DNA of 59,665 nt, counting the filler, from Jimgerdemannia flammicorona (taxonomy: Eukaryota): NCBI GenBank assembly GCA_003990765.1. It is 3 parts of 3 records of this genome, joined end to end, with 100 filler letters (N's around TTAATTAATTAA, not from the genome) between each part and the next. Parts side by side here need not be neighbours in the genome. Positions count along the whole stretch, not along the records: positions 1 to 19,823 come from RBNJ01001843.1; positions 19,924 to 39,744 come from RBNJ01001844.1; 1 more part is not named here. The stretch is one strand, 5' to 3'. A program made the translations under genes and the position numbers. This document shows, in pieces, positions 13,801 through 23,604 of the stretch (position 1 is its first letter; every line of letters begins with the position of its first letter). The notes beneath the pieces were generated by a model. It did not search any database. It was not told where the DNA came from and saw only the letters and a list, made by a program, of their open reading frames with translations.

Positions 13801-13898
13801 AGGGGAAAGTTTTCTCCAATGGTATATGTGTGCTTATTCTGGTCCTTGTCTTTCTTGTGCTCAAGTTCAGTAATCTTGGTAGCAACATAGACTCCTCT

Positions 13899-14315
13899 TC
13901 CAGTAGATCCGAAGCCTTGTTCTCCTCTCTTAGTCTTGATGAGTTCAATGGCTTCAATGATCTTGGGCTTCTTGACTTTGTGGATCAGCATCTGGTCAAT
14001 CCTGTCATGCTTCTTGACTTCAAATAGGGTGGTGGGGTTGTGATTCCTGACTATGAGGAAGATCTCACCAGTGTAATTAGGGTCAATTACTCCTCCTTTA
14101 ACTGAGATTTCACTTTTGGCTAGACTGCTCCTAGTCTTGATAATTCCAGCATAGTTCTCTGGTAACTTGACTCTAATTCCAGTGCCAAGTAGGGTGGTGG
14201 TCTGTGGTTTGAGAGTAGTATCTTGAATGCTGGCAAGGTCTATTTCTATGGCTCCTTCAGTCTTGTATTCTGGGATCTTGGCTTTGGGGTAAAACTTCTT
14301 GACCTTGAGGGTGAT
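13899..14315 (-). pseudogene. dUTPase domain within pol (family A)
   Basis: Motifs EIDL, TRSSLA, GGVIDPNYTGEI, DRIDQM, RGEQGFGSTG. Confidence 0.92.
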
Positions 14316-14639
14316 GTCTGATTCTTGTTTCTCCTCATTATTACTGTCAGCTTGAAGCTCTGGGGGCTAGTCATCTTCTTCAGCCTTCCTTTTTGCTTCA
14401 GCAGCTTCTTGCTCATGTTTCTGTTGGCAGATTTTTCTGACTTCACTGATACAGGACCAGCAGTCATTCAGGTGTTCAGAGCAGTACATCCTAGTACCAT
14501 GGGAACATCTTCCTTGAGGGACATAGCCATTGATGATCTTGTTGTACCACTGCTCATCTGTGAGCTTGGGTGTCTTATTCTTGTTCTTATTCACTAAGTA
14601 TATGAAGGCCTCTGTGTTCTCTTTATCTCCTTCCTCCAT

Positions 14640-15030
14640 GTCTGATAGAACTCCTTTGTGGACATTGATAGAGACTCATACCTTTCTTCCTCTATAGTTG
14701 ATCTATATCTTCTGGGCATTGAGGTCAATAATGGCCTTGGCCTTGTAAAGCCATTGGTTGCCAATGAGGATGTTATAGTTGGTAGCACTTGTAATAATCA
14801 CATCTACTGAGATGGTAGCTCCTCCTATCTTGATGGAGACTTCTCAGATTTTGCTAAGGGGGGTAGCTCATGTACCATCTGCTGTGATATAGACCATCTT
14901 GGTGGACTCTTCAATATCCCAGTCTAGGTGGTCAATTGCCTTCTTGCTCATAAGGCATCTTCCAGCACTAGTATTAATGATGGCATCAAAGATACAGTCT
15001 TTGATCTGACATGGAGTATAGGCTGATGTT
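14640..15030 (-). pseudogene. Retropepsin-like aspartic protease (family A)
   Basis: AIINTSA (degenerate IIDTGA), TADG, ILIGNQWL. Confidence 0.8.
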
Positions 15031-16073
15031 TTGTGCTGGTCTTCAGATTCTTTACCTGAGTTCTCAGATTCTTCCTGTGTATTGTAAGCTTCTACAATCT
15101 TATACTCTTGATTCTTGGTGGTAGTTGCAAGTCCTACTCTCAACTGCTGTCTGAAGGCAGGGACTTTGGCTAGTTGTCCAAAAGTAGCATTGACCTTCTG
15201 TTCCTTGAGATCTTTATAGATATCATACTGATGGATCTTGGTCTTACACAGCTTCTGTTCCTTCTTGCTTTCACTTTCTCCTGAGACTGGAGTAGTGTCT
15301 TCAATGATTTGGCAGGCAGCTTCATCTAACTCTATGTCTTGATCAATCTCCTCTGGTTGAGTCTTGCTTTGAATAGTAATAGCTGGGGTCTTCTTTGGTC
15401 TTTCAACTGTCTTGCTGTTGCTCTTCTTGTCATAGGGCTTGGACTGGATTCTGGTACCTTCAGTAGCAGGGTAGAATTCAAGCTCCTTGTAGTATTCTTC
15501 ATTATCAGTGTCACCAATCTCCTCGATGACTACTGCATTGGTTTGTTCTCTGATTCTGCTAGCATTACTTGATTGGACTTTGCATCTTATTTTGGTCATG
15601 CAACTCTTTGCATAGTGGCCTTCTTCTCCATATCTGAAGCATGTGATATTGTGTTCTTCTGTAGTGGCTACAAATCTCTGTACTGGTCTCCTGTTGGCAC
15701 TTCAGACTTCTCTAACAACATCACCAAGGTGTGTAGTCATCTTGGTGAACTACTTGGCAAGTTTTTCCACTGGGTCAGCTTTGACTGTCTTAGGGGTAGG
15801 TAGGGTTGGTTGTCTGTTTACAACTGTGGTGAATATGATACTAGTTGGCTTTGATGGCTCCATCTTGATGCCAGTTATTTTCTCCATTGAGTGTTCAGTA
15901 GAGTATCTGGCAGTCCAATATCTCTATGCAAAGACCACTTTCTGATCAAGGGTCAGTGCAGCTGGGGTAGACCAGATTACTATAGAATGTGAGGGGATGT
16001 ATTTCCATCTTATCTTGAATTCTTGCAGGGGTGACTCTTGTAGTCAGGGTAGTTATTATGGGGGTTGTTCATT
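15030..16073 (-). pseudogene. Gag remnant with CCHC zinc knuckle (family A; appears internally deleted)
   Basis: CFRYGEEGHYAKSC near 15600-15645; only ~0.5 kb separates the PBS from the knuckle. Confidence 0.65.
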
Positions 16074-16108
16074 TTTTAGCTTGAAAGTGAGGGATTCATC
16101 TTGAATCA

Positions 16109-16125
16109 CCAGCCAATGGGCACCA
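16109..16125 (-). promoter_or_regulatory. Primer-binding site, family A
   Basis: TGGTGCCCATTGGCTGG begins 3 nt after the LTR-terminal CA; cognate tRNA not identified. Confidence 0.7.
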
Positions 16126-16128
16126 AGT

Positions 16129-17628
16129 TGTCATATAGTGGTCACTGAGTCCTTCAAATATACCAGATTCTCTTCAAGGTATATCTCTTAGACTAACTCA
16201 AGTTTGTTATAAGCAAGTTCTTATTAGAGTGCCTTCCTAAGGTCTTATAGTCCTCAAACTTCTTATCTTTAACTATCTTGTTATCTCTTAGATTGCTTGC
16301 AAGAAAGTATATGTATTGTACTGGGTAGACTGACTTTATTTCAGAGGAAATAAGAGAGGTATTTATACAAAATATAATTCAATAGTTGCTAAGATATAAA
16401 GCTAAATATAAATTCCAATAACTAAAACTACTAAGTTCCAGGGTCAGTACTGATAGTTGTACAGGTTCAGGATACTGGTATAATTTAGTGTCACATCAGA
16501 ATACCAGTTCTGGTATTATTTAGTGTTATATCAAAATATCAGTGCTGGAACAATTCTATATTATCTCAAGGACTTAGAGCAGAATATTCAAGACCATAGG
16601 AGCTTCATCCTCATCATCAGAGGTTAGGATATCTTCAAAGGAGATGAGGTCTGTAAATATTTTGTCAAGATCATATAGGTCGCATGGGATGACATCATCA
16701 CTGATGATATCATCACGTTCGGTAGCAGCAGAAACAAGAAGATCTAGAGCTCTCCAGTCTATGAGATTCTCTTCTACAAAATAGGAGACAAATGTGGGGT
16801 CTTGGAGAGGTCTAACCTGGATGCTTGGGCCTTGGAATACTGAGATCAATCCTTGTAGGAATTGGTCTGGGTTGTCTTGGAGGATGGAGTGTTAGAAGTC
16901 TTCTACTTAATCACTATTGAGGGTGATAGTAGACTGGGCTTCTGTAGCCACCCTGGCTTCTAGTGCATTAATATGATGAGATAATAGATCTCTAAAGTCT
17001 GAGACTCTGACATACTCTAAGTTGGAGATCAACCATAGTACATACCTGAAGATCTGATAGATCTTCTTAGCTGTTCTTGTCTTATGTATATTCATGAGAG
17101 TGGCATCTTGTAGCTCTTGAGGGCTGGCCTGTGGAAACTCCTGGCAGAGGAGGCTTCCTATTTCATACTTCTGCCACATTTGGAGGCATTCAGTAGTAAT
17201 AGTGATCCTTGTTTTTATTTTATAGCTATAGAGGATATAATAATAAGGGTCACTAGTACCCAGGTTGACACTAGAAGTTCTTCTTGAGTGGGTCCTCATA
17301 GCTCTTCTGATGTCTTGGAACATCCTTTCTTTGACTGAGATACCTTGGTGATTTCTTGACCTTGAGGTTTGGTGGGCAGTAGGCATTTCATTTGTAGTAA
17401 GTCTTTGAGCTATTTTGGGATTGGTGGGTCTTGTTGGTTGCTACTACTGTAATTCCTTAATCCTTCTTTTATATTTCTCAAGATACTCATACTGGGGTCA
17501 CAATGACTCACAGTTGGTCATCATTGCTCATCTCATATATCATATGATCTTCTTGTGCTCTGATCTGGTGGCTTGCAAGAAAAGGCTGTCTCCTGTACTG
17601 ATGTCATTATTCTGGGGTCACTGTTATA
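16129..17628 (-). repeat. Family A 5' LTR (contains ORF 16574-17386)
   Basis: Direct repeat of 9294-10826; followed by the PBS. Confidence 0.9.
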
Positions 17629-18586
17629 ATATGTATAAATATATATATAACTTATATATTATTAATAAAATATCACTTTTTTCTTTTCTACTCTACTCTA
17701 GTATTTTGGCTATTCTATAATAAAGATTATAAGCTCTTATTAATAGCTAGAAAGAATATCTCTAATATATATACTATATATATTATATAATTAAGAAATT
17801 TGATAAAAATAATTATAAAATATATAATACGATATATAATTAATATCTTTTAAGAATATAGTCTAAAAGAGTATCCAAAGTCTAATATAGAGATAATAAT
17901 AAGAATTACATATATATATAATAAATAATTATATAACCTGATAATGATATTACAAATGAATGATATACATATATATATGAATAAGTAATAAATAAGATAA
18001 TTAAAAAATATAGAAAATAATATATCAAAAACTCTAAATATTGAGCTATAGCTTATACTATAGCAAATATATTATCTAATTTAGAGATTTTGTTTAAGTT
18101 TATTCTGAATACAAATATGTAGTATATTTATTCATAAAATAAATAGAGTAACTATATACTAAATTAGTTATATATATTTAGCCAAAATCTACAAATTATT
18201 ACTTAGCTAATATATATAAATATTTCAACAATTATATTTAAAATAAACTAGCTCTTAGTTAAGTATAAAATATAAGAAGCTCTCCTCTATATATTTTCCT
18301 TTAAGTTCTTAGTAATAATATCTAAGTTACTTTAGTATTTCTGACTAAACTCTAGAAGTTTAACAAACTTCTAATAAACTAAGAACTAGTATATAAACCT
18401 AAAAAGAGAATCTCTTTGAATCTGAATAACTAGATATTCAGTCTATATATAGAAAGAACAAGTCTCTTGAATAGCTATAATTATAGAAAATGAGTAATAT
18501 TATTACTTCTGCTATAAAGAAACTATACTTTCTCAATCTTAGTATAATTAAGTAAAAGAACAATTGAAAGACATTTTGATATATAT

Positions 18587-19823
18587 TGTAATAGTGATCT
18601 CAGAATAATGATATCAGCATAGGAGATAGTCTTTCCTTATAAGCCACCAGATCAGAACACAGGAAGATTATATGACATAACTTATCTGGGCTACAAGATG
18701 AGCAATGATGACCAACTATAAGTTATTGTGACCATAAGACAGATATCTCAAGAAATATAAAAAAAGGATCAAGAAACTACAGTAGCAGCAATCTAAATAA
18801 AGCTCACAGAAATAGTTCTAAAGACTTACTACAAATAAAATATCTGCTGCTTACTAAACCTCAAGGTCTAGGAATCACCAAGGCTCCTCAGTCCAGGATA
18901 GAATATTCTAAGACATCAGAAGAGCCATGGAAATCTGTATAAGAAGGACTCCTAGCCTCAACCTGGGTACTGGTGACTCCTATCATTATATTCTCTACTA
19001 CTGTAAAATGGAAACAAGGATCACTATTACTACTGAATGCCTCTGGGTATGGCAGGAGTATGAAATAGGAAACCTTCTCTACTGGGAATTCCTTCAGACC
19101 AATTACCAAGAAATATAAGATGCCATCTCCATAGATATATGTAAAATAAAGATAGCTAAGAAGGTTCATCAAGTCTTTAGACATACACTATGGTCAATCC
19201 CCAACTTGGAGTACACTAGAATCTCAGACTTCAAGGAACTGTCAGCCTGCTATACTAATATACTAGAGGCCATAGTGGCCACAGAAACCCAGTCTACTAT
19301 CACCCTCAATAGTGATGAGGTAGAAAAGTTCTGGAATTCTATCCTTGAGGACAATTCTGATCAGTTCCTACAAGGATTGATCTCAGCATTTCAGAGCCCC
19401 AGCATCCAGATTAGACCTCTCCAAGACCCCACATTTGTTTCTTATTTTATAGAAGAGAATGTTATAGATTGGAAAGCCCCAGACCTCCTTGTTCTCTCTG
19501 CTGCCAAATGTGATGACATCATCAGTGATGACATCATCCTGTACAACATATGCAAAGTATACAAAATGTATGATATATGTGATGAGATAGACAAAATGTT
19601 CATAGATCTCATCTCCTTCAGTAGTGATGAGAATAAAGCCCCCATGGTTCTGAACTTTCTACTTTAAGTTCTTGGTAATACCAGATTCTACCAGCATTCT
19701 TTTCTTATATAACTATTATTCTTCTGGCATTCTGATCTTGTATAACTCAGAAATTCTTCTAGTATTCTTTTCCTATACTATCAAAATTCTACTGATATCC
19801 TGAACTTGTATAATTGTTTTTTT
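18587..19823 (+). mobile_element. Family A-related LTR (diverged), cut by the assembly gap; ORF remnant 18840-19667
   Basis: Starts TGTAATAGTGA; encodes the same LTR protein (18927-19118, 19206-19667). Confidence 0.85.
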
Positions 19824-19923
19824 NNNNNNNNNNNNNNNNNNNNNNNNNNNNNNNNNNNNNNNNNNNNTTAATTAATTAANNNNNNNNNNNNNNNNNNNNN
19901 NNNNNNNNNNNNNNNNNNNNNNN
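19824..19923. other. Artificial contig linker
   Basis: N-run / TTAATTAATTAA (stops in all six frames) / N-run, 100 bp. Confidence 0.97.
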
Positions 19924-21421
19924 TAGTAAGCCATTCAGGCAGGGCATCGAATAAATGGTCTGCTCTTGTACCATTTCGTGCTTCATCATTGGCAATGTAT
20001 CCTAGGCCAACAGTGTTCAGGAGTGACTCGAGTTTTGTACAGAAGGTTTCAAATTCTTCTTTGCCATATACATCAAATTTGAGGTTGCGGAGTTTTACTC
20101 GAGATTCGGCAATCATGGTTTCGCTGCGATATTGAGCAATCATGAGTTGTTTGAGTCCAGGGCCTGCAGGATGGGCTCCATATCCTGGGGCATTGTTTGC
20201 TGCATTCTGGGCAACTACTGCAGGTCAGGTATCCCATGTGAGGGGTTTTTCAGGAAGGGTTCACCACCATTCTTCGGCAGGTCCTCGAAAGAATGTAACT
20301 ACTCGGCAGACATAGGCTGTAGTGGTAGCAAAGAGTTGTTCCAGGGTGTGGTCTTGATTGTTTGTCAGAACGCAGTCAGCAACTTGTTCATTGGTCCATT
20401 GATTGGCTTCAAAGTTGGTGTCAACTATACTAACGAAGCTTTGGACTTCTTGTGCAGTACCATTGAAGGTAGGTAGGCTCAGATTTTTGGTAGGTTGGGT
20501 CTGTTCGGCTAAGGCAGTAATGGTTGCTGTCATTATAGCTACTTGGGCTGTGAGATCCAGAATCTGTTGGTTTGCCATGTTGTTGACTGGAGGCGGTTGG
20601 ACTGTGGGTAGTGGTGTTACTGGTACTACTTGAGGTACTGGTGCAGAGTGTGATGGGGTTCTTTGGGTCTGTGTAAGTTGCTGGAGTAGTAGTTGTGGAT
20701 CTGGAGTGAGGGCTTGATAGATTGCTGTTTGTTGCTGTATAGGTGTATTCTGTCCTGATGGATGTGTGTCTCCTTCAGTGGTATATCCGGGATCGAATTC
20801 AGTGAGATACTCCTCCTCTTCTTCGGTTTGGTCCCCGTGTAATTGGGTTTGCTCGGTGTCAAAGTAGACAGAATCAGTTGTATATCTGATTTCAGACGGA
20901 CTTAATTCAAAGTCAAGTTCAGGTTCGGTATTGGTTTCAGATTCAGGTAGGGTTGTAGCAGGGCCTGCTTCAGGTTTGGGGTCAGGTAGTTGATGAAGGG
21001 TTTCTCTTGCTTCTTCCTTAAGAATATAGCGGGCCTTGCTATTCTGGAATCGGTAGTATAATGTGGTCTTGGTCCTGGTGCGGTGAAAGTCGGTAGAGTT
21101 GAGCCACTTGGCTACAGAGGCTTGGGCTTCGTGAGGAACTAAGGCTAGAAAGACTGCTGCTGGTTGTCCTAGATCGCTTGGATTTGTGGAGCTAACAAAA
21201 CTCTTGTTGAGAAGAGTAAAGAAGGCTTCAATAAGACCTTCTTCATCTTGACTTGCTGGGTGTAGTGCAAGGAGTTCGGTGAATAGGGTTTTGCCTATTT
21301 GCTGGTTTAATCGGAGTACTTCTTTCTTTGAATGAAGTTTGTCCCACTTGTTGCAGGTGTGGAGGTCAAATTGTCCTTGTACATCAGGTTCAATTCTCTC
21401 CAGATTGTCAGATGGTTCGGA
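19924..21421 (-). pseudogene. Gag, N-terminal part (family B)
   Basis: LPTFNG...FFRGPAEEWW retrotransposon gag signature; frame open from 21421 to a TGA at 20261, then continues in 19924-20143. Confidence 0.8.
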
Positions 21422-22216
21422 TTAATTCCAGTTCAGAGGTTGGGCTTTATACCAACTTGTAGGAATTCACAGAAGGGTTTGTAGCAGGGTGAGGAAGCGT
21501 CTTGAAGCAGAATTGGATTGTAAACCACTGCTACCAAGTTGTAAGAGGGTTACTTTTTAGGGTAACTGTTACATAGTTCTGGAAGGATTTTCTGGAAGTT
21601 CTGGATATTCTGGAAGACTGTTTTCTTATGGTCAAGATCAATTTTGTATGGAGTACATCCTCTACGCTTATTGATATCAAGATTGGGTTGACGTCTCAAC
21701 CAAAGTCCTTTTCCAGACTAGTTCTGGATGTTCAGGATTTCTGTATTTCAGGAAGTTCAAGAAACTAAGACCAGCTTAGTTGAATTGGCATATTGCTGCA
21801 GATAATACCCAATTAGGAAATTTCGTGACGGAGTTAGGAGTAGGACCTAATAGGGAGCAGATTTACTTAAGAGTGGTTTGTGGGTTATGGAATAGGTTTA
21901 TTTGCTATTCATGATATTGCTATACTAGGAGTATTTGTGTGAAGGGGTATTGTGGGGAAGTGCTCAGGAGTTGTGTTCGAATTGTTCCAGTCTGAGATTC
22001 TGAGGTCTGGGGGAGGGGGTATTTATACTAGTGAGGGGCTATCTGGACTATGCTGAATATGGATGTAGCACTAAGTGCCTTGCTGAGTCGGAATGCAGTC
22101 ATATAGTACAAGTGTGATCTGACATATCAAGAGATCGTTTGACTGCTGAGTCAGTTCACAGTCACGTCATATAAGGCTAATCTATCTATACTATGACTGC
22201 TAGACTATTTATAGGT

Positions 22217-23314
22217 TTAGGCACTATCTGGGTAGTCCTCAATGACATCACTATTGATTGCATCATCTCTGATGAAGTAGTCGTCTAGGAATAATGGTTC
22301 GCGGATTACTTCTCCTTGTTGGCTGAGGTAGTAATATATTGGGACTTCATCTCTGTCCCACAGGATAGCATCATCTGTTTCGTATGCTGGATAAGATATT
22401 GGTGGGTGAAGGATGGGTGTACTGTCTTCGCTTTCATCGGATTCGCTATCTGTGTACCTTCTATAGGTTACAGCACTATGAGTTGTGGGGTTATAGTATG
22501 CTGGCAGCTGTGGTTCATGTTGCTCGTACTCGGGTGGTGGAGTGGTTGGTTCGATCTCGAGGGTTGTCTGAAGGTACAGGTTGTGTTCTCCAGTCTCTTC
22601 ATTATAATTGAAGTAATCGGGGGTGAACGCGGGTTGGTATTCATGCCAGTGGTCATTGTCCCAATAAGTCTCGTATGTGGTTATGAACTGTTGCAAGTTC
22701 ATCGGCAAGTTTGGCGGGGTGATCAGGGTTGGCAGAGATCCTTGGCTTGAGGTCATGTCAGCATCAGAGGGATCATTGTCTTCTGCTTCATCTTCGTCGA
22801 AGTGGATTATATTGTAGATATCCTTCATAGCGTATCCAACTTGAGGCATTTGTAGGATATGGTCATCAGGGTGCGGGAAGGTTCTGTCTGTGGTCTGGAC
22901 GTATTCGAGGTACTTGTGGTTGATTTCTTGTATCATGTCATCGATTTGGCTATAGGACAGAGTAGCAACCATTTCGCTGGTAGTAACTCGGAGGCGGGGA
23001 ATAAAGGTGTTGTACTCATAGAAGAGTTCTCGATGTTTGCAGGCGATGAGCTTCTGGTGTTGAGACATCTGGGTAATGTCTGTATCATGGTGGTGTTCGA
23101 CCATGTCTTCCAAGAGGCGGCCGATCTGGTAGTAGCTTGATATTTGTCCGATCCGGTGGGCCTCGTTAAGCATGTTCAGGGTGTTCCATCGAGCTTCCAC
23201 GAAGTAGAGAGGTGCCAGGCTATGGATATTCATAAGGGGCAGAGGGGGTGTGGCTCGGTTGACAATGGTATTCCAAATGTCAGCATGAATGCAGTTGTAG
23301 ATTTCAGTGGTCAT
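22217..23314 (-). CDS. Intact 365-aa protein of unknown function encoded within the family B LTR
   Basis: Uninterrupted ATG-initiated ORF on the element sense strand, entirely inside the LTR and upstream of the TATA-like box; acidic, Pro-rich C-terminal half. Confidence 0.8.
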   Translation of the reverse strand: MTTEIYNCIHADIWNTIVNRATPPLPLMNIHSLAPLYFVEARWNTLNMLNEAHRIGQISSYYQIGRLLEDMVEHHHDTDITQMSQHQKLIACKHRELFYEYNTFIPRLRVTTSEMVATLSYSQIDDMIQEINHKYLEYVQTTDRTFPHPDDHILQMPQVGYAMKDIYNIIHFDEDEAEDNDPSDADMTSSQGSLPTLITPPNLPMNLQQFITTYETYWDNDHWHEYQPAFTPDYFNYNEETGEHNLYLQTTLEIEPTTPPPEYEQHEPQLPAYYNPTTHSAVTYRRYTDSESDESEDSTPILHPPISYPAYETDDAILWDRDEVPIYYYLSQQGEVIREPLFLDDYFIRDDAINSDVIEDYPDSA

Positions 23315-23604
23315 GTTTGTGTGTTTGGAAGTTGTGGTTTGTTGTTTGTTTTGGTTCTCTGATTCGACGCATCTCAGTGCTCAGTATATATGCATTTGGT
23401 CCTGATTGGTAAGGTTCCGTTTGTGTAGATCTTGTGTTCCGTGACTTCATATTGACTCAGCTTTGTGCGCTGTGACTTCGGTTTGACTCAGCTTCGTAAT
23501 CAAGCAGGTGATTTCCAGATTTGTTCAGAGGTCGCGTGTGATTTCAGTGGCTTTGTTCAGAGGGTGATGTGCAATTTCGGTGGCTTGGAGGTTGTGTACT
23601 TACA

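Larger units (their letters stand above)
9294..17628 (-). mobile_element. Ty3/gypsy LTR retrotransposon family A (partial gag, PR, dUTPase, RT, RH, IN)
   Basis: Two ~1.5-kb direct repeats, PBS at 16109-16125, PPT at 10827-10836, domain order PR-RT-RH-IN, possible ATAT TSD. Confidence 0.93.
19924..23604 (-). mobile_element. Ty3/gypsy family B: 5' LTR (21540-23604) + PBS + gag, cut by the gap; inserted into LINE L3 ORF1
   Basis: LTR has TGTAAG...CTTACA ends; PBS TGGTAGCAGTGG at 21525-21536; gag is homologous to 52100-53680. Confidence 0.9.

Noticed and set aside
19824..19923. TTAATTAATTAA palindrome flanked by Ns (also 39745-39844), and ORFs ending in 'LIN'
   Set aside because: Synthetic six-frame-stop contig linker; adjacency across it has no biological meaning.
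22217..23314. env-like gene
   Set aside because: No signal peptide or transmembrane segment is visible, and the ORF lies inside the LTR rather than between IN and the PPT.
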